From Bacteroidota bacterium (GTDB taxonomy: Bacteria > Bacteroidota > Bacteroidia > NS11-12g > UBA955): a stretch of DNA of 64,000 nt. Position numbers and translations under genes: made by a program. Location of the stretch: the NCBI GenBank assembly GCA_027488835.1, contig JAIYAW010000005.1:40307-104306 (forward strand). Direction: 5' to 3'. Under the pieces are notes generated by a model. The model saw only the letters and a program-made list of their open reading frames with translations, ran no database searches and had not been told where the DNA came from. Shown piece after piece: positions 56,273 through 64,000 of the stretch (position 1 is the stretch's first letter; each line of letters opens with the position of its first letter).

Positions 56273-57853
56273 ATGTCACAAATTAGGCCAGACGAAGTAT
56301 CCAGCATATTAAAAGACCAAATTTCTGGTTTTAATACAGCTGCGAGTTTAGAAGAAGTAGGTACCGTTCTTCAAGTAGGAGACGGTATTGCTCGTATCTA
56401 CGGATTATTCAGTGTACAAAGCGGAGAGCTTGTAGAATTTGAAAATGGTGTTCGCGCCGTTGTATTAAACCTTGAAGAAGATAACGTGGGAGCGGTATTG
56501 ATGGGTAGCAGCGCTGACATTAAAGAAGGAGATAAAGTAAAAAGAACCAACAAAATTGCCAGTATCAAAGTTGGTCATGGTATGTTGGGTCGTGTTGTTA
56601 ACGCATTGGGTGAACCAATTGATGGCAAAGGTCCTATTTCTGGTGACCTTTATGAAATGCCACTTGAGCGTAAAGCACCAGGTGTGCTTTTCCGTGAGCC
56701 AGTAAAAGAACCGTTACAAACTGGTATCAAAGCAATCGATGCAATGATTCCAATTGGACGTGGACAACGTGAGTTGATTATTGGTGACAGACAAACAGGT
56801 AAAACTGCAATTGCCCTAGATACAATTATTAACCAAAAAGAATTTTTTGAAGCAGGTAACCCTGTTTATTGTATTTATGTTGCTTGTGGTCAAAAAGAAT
56901 CTACAGTAAAACAAGTTGTTAAATCACTTGAAGAAAGTGGTGCAATGGCCTACACTGTTGTCGTTTCTGCTCCAGCATCTGCTCCTGCTCCAATTCAATT
57001 CTTTTCTCCAATGGCAGGTTGTGCAATTGGTGAATATTTCCGTGACTTAGGTTTGCCAGCATTGGTTGTTTATGACGATTTGTCTAAACAAGCGGTTGCT
57101 TACCGTGAGGTTTCTTTGTTGCTTCGTCGCCCACCAGGACGTGAAGCTTATCCTGGAGATGTATTCTATTTACATAGCCGCTTACTTGAAAGAGCTTGTA
57201 AATTGAATGCGAACGATTCAATTACACAAAACATGAATGATTTGCCAGCAGATTTACAAGGTAAAGTAAAAGGTGGTGGTTCTTTAACCGCATTGCCAAT
57301 TATTGAAACCCAAGCTGGTGACGTTTCTGCATATATTCCAACTAACGTAATTTCTATTACCGACGGTCAAATTTTCTTGGAGTCTAATTTGTTTAACTCA
57401 GGTGTTCGTCCAGCAATTAACGTAGGTATTTCGGTTTCTCGTGTAGGTGGTAACGCCCAAATTAAATCAATGAAGAAAGTAGCAGGTACTTTGAAACTTG
57501 ACCAAGCTCAATATCGTGAGTTGGAAGCTTTCTCTAAATTTGGTTCTGATTTGGATGCTGCTACTAAAACTGTACTTGATAAAGGTTCACGTAACGTAGA
57601 AATTTTGAAACAGGCTCAATTCAGTCCAGTTTCAGTTGAAAAACAAACGGCAATAATTTACTTAGGTACTTCTAACTTATTGAGATCTGTTCCTGTAAAT
57701 AAAATTCGTGAGTTTGAAACTGCATATTTAGATTACTTAGAAGCAAAACATAAAGATACCTTGAACGCTTTGCGTGCGGGTAAATTCGATGATTCAATTA
57801 CATCAGTTTTAGCTAAGGCTGGTGCTGAGATTGCTCAAAATTATACTGCTTAA
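56273..57853 (+). CDS. atpA: F0F1 ATP synthase subunit alpha
   Basis: GDRQTGKT Walker [20 protein letters not shown] and [30 protein letters not shown]. Confidence 0.97.
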   Translation: MSQIRPDEVSSILKDQISGFNTAASLEEVGTVLQVGDGIARIYGLFSVQSGELVEFENGVRAVVLNLEEDNVGAVLMGSSADIKEGDKVKRTNKIASIKVGHGMLGRVVNALGEPIDGKGPISGDLYEMPLERKAPGVLFREPVKEPLQTGIKAIDAMIPIGRGQRELIIGDRQTGKTAIALDTIINQKEFFEAGNPVYCIYVACGQKESTVKQVVKSLEESGAMAYTVVVSAPASAPAPIQFFSPMAGCAIGEYFRDLGLPALVVYDDLSKQAVAYREVSLLLRRPPGREAYPGDVFYLHSRLLERACKLNANDSITQNMNDLPADLQGKVKGGGSLTALPIIETQAGDVSAYIPTNVISITDGQIFLESNLFNSGVRPAINVGISVSRVGGNAQIKSMKKVAGTLKLDQAQYRELEAFSKFGSDLDAATKTVLDKGSRNVEILKQAQFSPVSVEKQTAIIYLGTSNLLRSVPVNKIREFETAYLDYLEAKHKDTLNALRAGKFDDSITSVLAKAGAEIAQNYTA

Positions 57854-57861
57854 TTTTTGTC

Positions 57862-58743
57862 ATGGCAAATCAGAAGGAAATTAGAGCGCGAATTTCATCG
57901 ACAAGCGGTACACAACAAATTACCAAAGCGATGAAATTGGTTTCTGCTACCAAGTTGCGTAAAGCCAGCGAAGCAATTGTGAAAATGCGTCCTTACGCAT
58001 CTAAGCTTCAAGGAATTATGTCTAATTTGCAAGATAGTGCGGATGACGAACGCTTGGCAGTTTACTTCAAAACAAGAGAAGTAAAATCTGTTTTAATGAT
58101 TGTTGTAACAAGTGATCGTGGACTTTGTGGTGCCTTCAATGCCAACGTTGTAAAACGTGCGAAAAATTTATTAGATGGTGACTATAGCCACTTGGTAAAA
58201 AATAATAAGGTACGCATCATGTGTATCGGTAAAAAAGGTGCGGAGGGATTGAAGCGTCTTGGGTTTGATGTTGATACAACATATATGTCTACCTTGGTTG
58301 ATATTTCTTCAGCGTCTGCGTTTGAATTTGGACAATTCGCTTTGGATCAATATACTACGGGAAACTTTGATAAAGTTGAAATCGTGTATAACCAATTCAA
58401 AAATGCGGCTACTCAAATTTTAACCAATGAAGTGTTATTGCCTGTTTCTAATAAACAAACGAACATTACTGCCAGTACCAATTCAGACTATATTTTTGAG
58501 CCAAGTAAAGTGGAAATTTTACAGGATTTGATTCCACGTAGTTTAAAAACCCATATTTACCGTGCGTTTTTGGATTCTTTGGCATCAGAACATGGCGCTA
58601 GAATGATTTCTATGGATAAGGCTACTGACAATGCAGGAGAATTGTTACGTTCGCTTAAATTGGCTTATAACCAAGCGCGTCAAGCAGCAATTACTAGAGA
58701 AATATCGGAAATTGTTGGTGGTGTTGCTGCCTTAGAAGGGTAA
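57862..58743 (+). CDS. atpG: F0F1 ATP synthase subunit gamma
   Basis: IRARISSTSGTQQITKAMKLVSATKLRKA N-terminal helix and C-terminal ARQAAITREISEIVGG. Confidence 0.92.
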   Translation: MANQKEIRARISSTSGTQQITKAMKLVSATKLRKASEAIVKMRPYASKLQGIMSNLQDSADDERLAVYFKTREVKSVLMIVVTSDRGLCGAFNANVVKRAKNLLDGDYSHLVKNNKVRIMCIGKKGAEGLKRLGFDVDTTYMSTLVDISSASAFEFGQFALDQYTTGNFDKVEIVYNQFKNAATQILTNEVLLPVSNKQTNITASTNSDYIFEPSKVEILQDLIPRSLKTHIYRAFLDSLASEHGARMISMDKATDNAGELLRSLKLAYNQARQAAITREISEIVGGVAALEG

Positions 58744-58770
58744 TCAGAAAGACATAATTTAACACAATAA

Positions 58771-58802
58771 AAAAAGACGCTAGAAATAGCGTCTTTTTTG
58801 TT
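58771..58802. terminator. Bidirectional rho-independent terminator between atpG (+) and the RSH gene (-)
   Basis: Stem agacgct / agcgtct with loop agaaat, flanked by an A-tract (aaaaa) upstream and a T-tract (tttttt) downstream. Confidence 0.7.
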
Positions 58803-58818
58803 ATCGATTCTTTTTGAA

Positions 58819-61035
58819 TTACTCCTCGTCTAATCGATGAACTTCGATGTATTTGTGGGTGCCTTTGATTTTTTGAACCAATTGATCTAAGTGATCGGCT
58901 GTGTTTACCATCACCTCAACTTGTCCGCCGAAAGTACCATCGCCGTTTGCCCTGATATTGATGGCCTTCATGTTTACTTCCATGTCTTTTGATATAATAT
59001 CGGCAATTTTACTCACAATTCCAACGTCATCAATTCCACTCACTGATAATTTGGCATCAAACGACTCGCTGTAACCATCAGTTCTCCATTGGGTTGGGAT
59101 AATTCTATAGCCGTATTGGCTCATCAAACGTGTGGCATTTGGACAATTGGTGCGGTGAATTTTAACCCCATCGCTTACTGTAATGAATCCGAAAATAGCA
59201 TCACCTGGTAAAGGATTGCAACACTTTGAAAGGTCGTAAGGCATTTCAAAGTCATCGCCAATGATTATTTGCTTTATGATTTTTTTCTTTTCTTTGGGAG
59301 CTTCTTTGATTGTTTTGTTTTTTGGAGGAAACAAAATTTCAATGAGCAATTCCTTATTCAATTTGATTTTTCCCTCAGAAACTGCTTGAAAAAACGCATT
59401 GTTGCTGTTGTATTTGAAATATTTCACCATCGATTGAATGTGTTTATCAATAAAATCGAGATGGTGTTTGCGAAACAATCTTTCTAAGATACTTTTTCCT
59501 AAACTAGATTGTTTTGATTTTTCGTCTTTTAGAAATTCACGAATTTTACTTTTTGCCCTAGCAGTATGTACAACAGTCAACCAATTTTCAGTTGCCCTGT
59601 ATTTTTGAGTGGTAATGATTTCAACGATATCGCCATTTTTTAGCAAATGGTTAATAGGAACCAACTTGTTATTTACTTTGGCACCAATGGTTTTCATTCC
59701 AATTTCAGTATGAATGGTGAAACCAAAATCTAGGGCTGTAGAACCAATTGGCATTGGTTTTACGTCACCTTTTGGTGTAAATAGATAGATTTCTTCACCG
59801 AGTAATGAAAATCTAAATTCATTCACTAAATCAAGCGCAGATAAATCACTGTTTTCTAATGTTTCTTTTACAGCGCTAATCCAATTTTCAAAAGCATTCT
59901 CTTGAGGTGTATTTTTCGATTCTTGATTTTCGGCTTTATATCGCCAATGTGCAGCCAAGCCACGTTCTGCAATATCGTCCATTCGCTTTGAACGTATTTG
60001 AACCTCTACCCAGCGTCCTTTAGGACCAACTACCGTTGTATGTAACGCCGAATATCCATTATTCTTAGGGTGGGAGAGCCAGTCACGCAATCGTCCCTCA
60101 TGAGATCTATATTTATCGGTGATAATGCTATAAACCCTCCAGCAATCTGCTTTTTCTAGAAAAAACGGGGAATTCACAATAACCCGAATGGCAAATGCAT
60201 CGTAAACCTCTTCAAAAGGAATACTCTGTTTTTGCATTTTACGGTAAATACTGTAAATACTTTTAGGTCGGCCTTTGATTTCGGTAATTTCTAAACCGGA
60301 ATTATCTAATTCAAGTTTTAATGGTTCAATAAATTCACGGATATACTTCTGTCTTGATAGTTTAGATTCGGCAATTTTGTGAGATATTTCTTTGTAAAAT
60401 ATTGGCTCTGTAAATTTCAAAGCCAAATCTTCCATTTCTGTTTTTATTGCGTTTAAACCCAATCTATGCGCCAAAGGAGCATAGATATAGAGTGTTTCAG
60501 AAGCTATTTTGAGTTTGGTATTTTCTGAAACCGAGCCAAGTGTTCTCATATTGTGCAACCTGTCGCACAATTTGATAAGAATTACCCTGAGGTCTTCTCC
60601 AAGTGTGAGCAGCATTTTCTTGAAATTTTCTGCCTGCACACTTGCATCTCTATCAACCGTTTCAAAAACAACAGAAATTTTAGTAAGTCCATTGATGATT
60701 GAAGTAATGGTACTTCCAAAACGATGTTCAATATCGTCGAGAGTAATTTCAGTGTCTTCAACAACATCATGAAGCAGGGCGCAAACAACGGAGGTGGTAC
60801 CAAGACCTAGTTCTCCTGCGGCAATTTGCGCCACCGCCAAAGGATGAAAAATATAGGGTTCACCACTTTTCCTTACTGTGCCTTCGTGTGATCTGGCAGC
60901 AAGGTCAAAAGCGGCTCTTATGAGGGATATTTTATCTTTGGATAAATCTTTGCCCAAAGTGCGTAATAAAGTACGATACCTTTTTAGTAACTCACTTCGA
61001 TACGCTTCATAAACTTCACCCTCAAGTAATGCCAT
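58819..61035 (-). CDS. Bifunctional (p)ppGpp synthetase/hydrolase (RelA/SpoT homologue)
   Basis: HD hydrolase motif (LLHDVVEDT), synthetase domain (AFAIRVIV...DYIA..PKSNGYSALHTTV), TGS and C-terminal ACT-like regions; 738 aa. Confidence 0.95.
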   Translation of the reverse strand: MALLEGEVYEAYRSELLKRYRTLLRTLGKDLSKDKISLIRAAFDLAARSHEGTVRKSGEPYIFHPLAVAQIAAGELGLGTTSVVCALLHDVVEDTEITLDDIEHRFGSTITSIINGLTKISVVFETVDRDASVQAENFKKMLLTLGEDLRVILIKLCDRLHNMRTLGSVSENTKLKIASETLYIYAPLAHRLGLNAIKTEMEDLALKFTEPIFYKEISHKIAESKLSRQKYIREFIEPLKLELDNSGLEITEIKGRPKSIYSIYRKMQKQSIPFEEVYDAFAIRVIVNSPFFLEKADCWRVYSIITDKYRSHEGRLRDWLSHPKNNGYSALHTTVVGPKGRWVEVQIRSKRMDDIAERGLAAHWRYKAENQESKNTPQENAFENWISAVKETLENSDLSALDLVNEFRFSLLGEEIYLFTPKGDVKPMPIGSTALDFGFTIHTEIGMKTIGAKVNNKLVPINHLLKNGDIVEIITTQKYRATENWLTVVHTARAKSKIREFLKDEKSKQSSLGKSILERLFRKHHLDFIDKHIQSMVKYFKYNSNNAFFQAVSEGKIKLNKELLIEILFPPKNKTIKEAPKEKKKIIKQIIIGDDFEMPYDLSKCCNPLPGDAIFGFITVSDGVKIHRTNCPNATRLMSQYGYRIIPTQWRTDGYSESFDAKLSVSGIDDVGIVSKIADIISKDMEVNMKAINIRANGDGTFGGQVEVMVNTADHLDQLVQKIKGTHKYIEVHRLDEE

Positions 61036-61036
61036 T

Positions 61037-62404
61037 TTATTTGCTTAACGCGGCAAAATGCTTGAAAAATTGTGGAATGGTTTCAATTCCTTTGAAGTAA
61101 TTGAATATTCCATAATGTTCATTTGGTGAGTGGATGGCATCGCTATCCAATCCAAATCCCATTAACACAGTTTTGGTTTGTAGTTCTTTTTCGAAAAGGG
61201 CTACAATAGGAATACTTCCACCACCTCTGGTTGGAATTGGTTCAACACCAAAAGTTTCTGTCATCGCTAACGACGCAGCTTTGTATGCATTGCTTGTAGT
61301 AGGGGTTAGTACTGGTTCGCCACCGTGATGTGGGGTTACCTTTACTTTAACTCCAGCAGGAGCAATTTTTTCAAAATGTTTTTGGAAAATTTCGGTAATT
61401 TTCTCACTGCTTTGGTTGGGAACCAAACGCATAGAAATTTTGGCATACGCTTTTGAAGGAAGTACAGTTTTTGCACCTTCTCCAATGTAACCACCCCAAA
61501 TACCATTCACATCAAGTGTAGGTCTGGTTCCAGTTCTTTCAATGGTAGTAAATCCTTTTTCACCCAAAACGTCATCAATATCCAAGTGTTTTTTATAATC
61601 GTCTAAGCTAAACGGAATACGACCTAATGCAGCTCTGTCTTCAGCAGAAACTTCAGCTACATCATCATAGAACTCAGGAATGGTAATATGTCTGTTTTCG
61701 TCGTGTAAACTCGCAATCATGGTACAAAGTGCATTGATTGGATTTGCTACAGCACCGCCGTAAACACCACTATGCAAATCAATACGAGGACCAGTAACTT
61801 CAACTTCTACATAACTTAAACCGCGCAATCCAACGTCGATACTAGGGCAATCATTTGCAATGATTCCAGTATCTGAAATTAAGATCACATCGGCTTTTAA
61901 TTTTTCTTTGTGGTTTTTGCAATAAGTACCTAAGTTATTTGAACCTACTTCTTCTTCACCTTCAATCATGAATTTGATGTTACAAAGTAAAGAGTTAGTT
62001 TGCATCATGGTTTCGAATGCTTTCACATGCATGAAAAACTGTCCTTTGTCGTCGCAAGCACCACGGGCATATATTTTATTGTCAATAATGGTAGGTTCAA
62101 ACGGAGGAGTGTTCCAAAGTTCATCTGGTACACTCGGTTGAACATCATAATGGCCATAGACCAAAACTGTCGGCAAAGCGGCATCAATTATTTTCTCTCC
62201 ATAAATGATGGGATTTCCAGCGGTTTCTTCTAAAACTACATTATCAGCACCTGCAGCAATTAAAAATTCTGCAACTTTTTCAGCACATTTGCGAACATCA
62301 CTAGCAAATGCAGAATCTGCACTAATACTTGGAATGCGCAATATTTCAAACAATTCGTTTAAAAAACGGTCTCTATTTGATTCAATATAACTTGTTGTTG
62401 ACAT
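61037..62404 (-). CDS. M20-family dipeptidase / metallo-hydrolase
   Basis: YGHYDVQP and GACDDKG metal-binding motifs, MIEGEEEVGS catalytic Glu pair; 455 aa. Confidence 0.85.
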   Translation of the reverse strand: MSTTSYIESNRDRFLNELFEILRIPSISADSAFASDVRKCAEKVAEFLIAAGADNVVLEETAGNPIIYGEKIIDAALPTVLVYGHYDVQPSVPDELWNTPPFEPTIIDNKIYARGACDDKGQFFMHVKAFETMMQTNSLLCNIKFMIEGEEEVGSNNLGTYCKNHKEKLKADVILISDTGIIANDCPSIDVGLRGLSYVEVEVTGPRIDLHSGVYGGAVANPINALCTMIASLHDENRHITIPEFYDDVAEVSAEDRAALGRIPFSLDDYKKHLDIDDVLGEKGFTTIERTGTRPTLDVNGIWGGYIGEGAKTVLPSKAYAKISMRLVPNQSSEKITEIFQKHFEKIAPAGVKVKVTPHHGGEPVLTPTTSNAYKAASLAMTETFGVEPIPTRGGGSIPIVALFEKELQTKTVLMGFGLDSDAIHSPNEHYGIFNYFKGIETIPQFFKHFAALSK

Positions 62405-62461
62405 AGGTGCAAGTTACGTAGGAATTGTATTTTCTGCAATTCAAATTCCTCTTTTTTGCAA

Positions 62462-62635
62462 TCAATTGTCGCCAGTATTCAAATTTGAATTTTCTTTGCG
62501 AGATTTGGCTTCTTTTTGTTTAAAACCTCTAAAAAAATAGAATACGCTAGCAAAAACTACAATGGTAATGATTACTTCCCATAAAAAAACTTGACCTTTA
62601 AAGGCAGTAATTGATGCATCGACTGTGTCTTTCAT
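62462..62635 (-). CDS. Small hypothetical membrane protein (57 aa), not in the ORF track
   Basis: Reverse-strand ATG at 62635: MKDTVDASITAFKGQVFLWEVIITIVVFASVFYFFRGFKQKEAKSRKENSNLNTGDN*. It has one TM helix and a basic C-terminus, and fills the otherwise empty 260-bp gap. Confidence 0.3.
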   Translation of the reverse strand: MKDTVDASITAFKGQVFLWEVIITIVVFASVFYFFRGFKQKEAKSRKENSNLNTGDN

Positions 62636-62664
62636 AATTACAAAGATAAGCTTGTATTGTTGGG

Positions 62665-63354
62665 TTAAGCATTTAAATCGATGACTGGAATTTCTCCTTC
62701 GATAACCAATCGACCAAGGGTTTTTTGTTTTACTTCGTCAAATGTAACACCTTCAGCAATTTCCTTCAACTCAAATCCTCTTTCGGTAATTTCAAAAACA
62801 CCCAATTCAGTCACAACTTTTTTTACACAACCTAAGCCTGTTAATGGCAAGCTGCATTGCGGCAATAACTTACTTTCGCCAGCTTTATTGGTATGTTGCA
62901 TAGCTACTACAATATTTTTTGCAGATGCAACTAAATCCATTGCTCCACCCATTCCTTTAACCATTTTACCCGGAATTTTCCAATTGGCAATGTCACCGTT
63001 ATCGCTCACTTCCATTGCACCCAATACCGTTAAATCAACTTTACCACCCCGAATCATTCCGAAACTTGTAGCACTATCAAAAATGGACGAGCCTTTTACC
63101 ATGGTAATTGTTTGTTTTCCCGCGTTAATTAAATCGGCGTCTTCTTCTCCCTCAAAAGGGAAAGGACCCATGCCAAGTAATCCATTTTCGCTTTGCAAAA
63201 CAACTTCCATTCCTTCAGGAATATAGTTGGCAACAAGGGTAGGGATTCCAATTCCTAAATTTACGTAGTAACCGTTTTTTAGTTCTTTGGCAATGACTTT
63301 GGCAATTCCGAATTTATCTAACATCTGAATACAAATTTCACTAAAATTTGTCAA
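62665..63354 (-). CDS. scoB: 3-oxoacid CoA-transferase subunit B
   Basis: [16 protein letters not shown] and catalytic-Glu region [12 protein letters not shown]; 229 aa. Subunit A is expected downstream, outside the window. Confidence 0.85.
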   Translation of the reverse strand: MTNFSEICIQMLDKFGIAKVIAKELKNGYYVNLGIGIPTLVANYIPEGMEVVLQSENGLLGMGPFPFEGEEDADLINAGKQTITMVKGSSIFDSATSFGMIRGGKVDLTVLGAMEVSDNGDIANWKIPGKMVKGMGGAMDLVASAKNIVVAMQHTNKAGESKLLPQCSLPLTGLGCVKKVVTELGVFEITERGFELKEIAEGVTFDEVKQKTLGRLVIEGEIPVIDLNA

Positions 63355-63381
63355 ACTTAAGCACCTGAAGATGCATTTTTT

Positions 63382-64000
63382 TTAATTGGGGATTTCTATT
63401 TCCCGAATCATTCGGTCGATTTCGAAATCCCAATTTTTAGCAGCGATTTTCCGAATTCGCATCACATTTTCAAGGTGTTTTTTAGCCAAATCTGTTTCTG
63501 CCAATTTGATATACATTTCCGCCAAATATAAATTTGCCAATTCATTATCTGGATTTAAAGCCAATACCGAAATCAGGTTCTTTTTAGATTCGTTTAAGTT
63601 GTTTTCTTTGTAAAAACACACTGCCAAATTTAACAAAGAGAGTTCGTGTTTGCGTGCAATTTTATTCTGTTTCTGAAGGACTTCTTTTGCCTTTCTTATT
63701 TCGTTGTTGCGTATCAATGCATTCGCATACTCTGCGCCGAAATCTAAATTCAATGGCATTTTATCAAAAGCCAATTTATACCAATTTACCGCATCGCTTA
63801 AGTGATTGGTTTTATCCAATGATTTCGCAATTCGGTAATTTGTCCATCCATCCAGATTTTTGTTTGATAAATCTTTAGACAGCGAATTCACCTGTTTGAA
63901 ATCGCTCCTTACATAAGCCAAATGAATTTTATCTTCAACATCGATTTCGTTTTTTTCAATAATTGATTGAGCTTTACTCAGAAATAATTCGTCTGGATTG
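63382..64000 (-). CDS. TPR-repeat protein (partial; N-terminus beyond window end)
   Basis: The track ORF starts at an internal TTG. The same frame stays open to the window edge (…NPDELFLSKAQSIIEKNEIDVEDKIHLAYVRSDFKQ…). TPR-like repeats follow (YANALIRNNEIRKAKEVL, LAVCFYKENNLNESKK, LAEMYIKLAETDLAKKHL). Confidence 0.6.
   Translation of the reverse strand, partial: NPDELFLSKAQSIIEKNEIDVEDKIHLAYVRSDFKQVNSLSKDLSNKNLDGWTNYRIAKSLDKTNHLSDAVNWYKLAFDKMPLNLDFGAEYANALIRNNEIRKAKEVLQKQNKIARKHELSLLNLAVCFYKENNLNESKKNLISVLALNPDNELANLYLAEMYIKLAETDLAKKHLENVMRIRKIAAKNWDFEIDRMIREIEIPN

Overview
This is an AT-rich chromosomal segment that I infer comes from a Bacteroidota, probably Flavobacteriia-like, genome. 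Most of it is core housekeeping with long co-directional gene strings. On the minus strand, 1-7208 carries mazG, aroC, aroA, aroB, a DUF4835-like gene, coaBC, rpoZ and bamD. A split transketolase follows (N and C halves separated by a VWA gene), then mfd. 47-61 kb holds PBP1A, a SprE/PorW-like TPR lipoprotein, a bactofilin and an F-type ATP synthase operon (atpZ-like, atpB, E, F, H, A, G, without atpD/atpC) next to an RSH (p)ppGpp synthetase. The lineage inference rests on a T9SS type-B sorting domain cargo protein, a Bacteroidetes-style split transketolase, TAnnTTTG-type -7 promoter motifs and an atp operon lacking atpDC. Four non-core regions stand out. First, 10.4-16.4 kb is a regulatory island: a tandemly duplicated LytTR regulator with a degenerate receiver domain (the duplication drags along a ~100-bp copy of the tkt 3' end), two paralogous polytopic-membrane AraC-HTH proteins and a chimeric, internally deleted remnant of a third, an orphan hypothetical gene, and unusually long AT-rich spacers. 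Second, 20.9-24.8 kb is a two-gene outer-membrane module of unknown function: a beta-barrel protein with a thrombospondin type 3 repeat and a low-complexity tail, plus a 691-aa lipoprotein. Third, 35.9-41.1 kb is a tightly packed putative operon (C40 peptidase, a 148-aa glycine-tailed protein, an 830-aa secreted LRR-like protein, a Na+/solute symporter), followed by a convergent intergenic region holding a 65-bp tandem repeat in about 5 copies and a 44-bp imperfect repeat in 3 copies. Fourth, there is a T9SS PKD cargo gene, an S74-chaperone tail-fiber-type surface protein with highly repetitive coding DNA, and a periplasmic dual-family cyclophilin-FKBP immunophilin. I found no rRNA, tRNA, CRISPR array, transposase or integrase. 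Most short ORFs in the six-frame track are antisense or shadow artefacts, and several long ORFs are over-extended at TTG/GTG starts.
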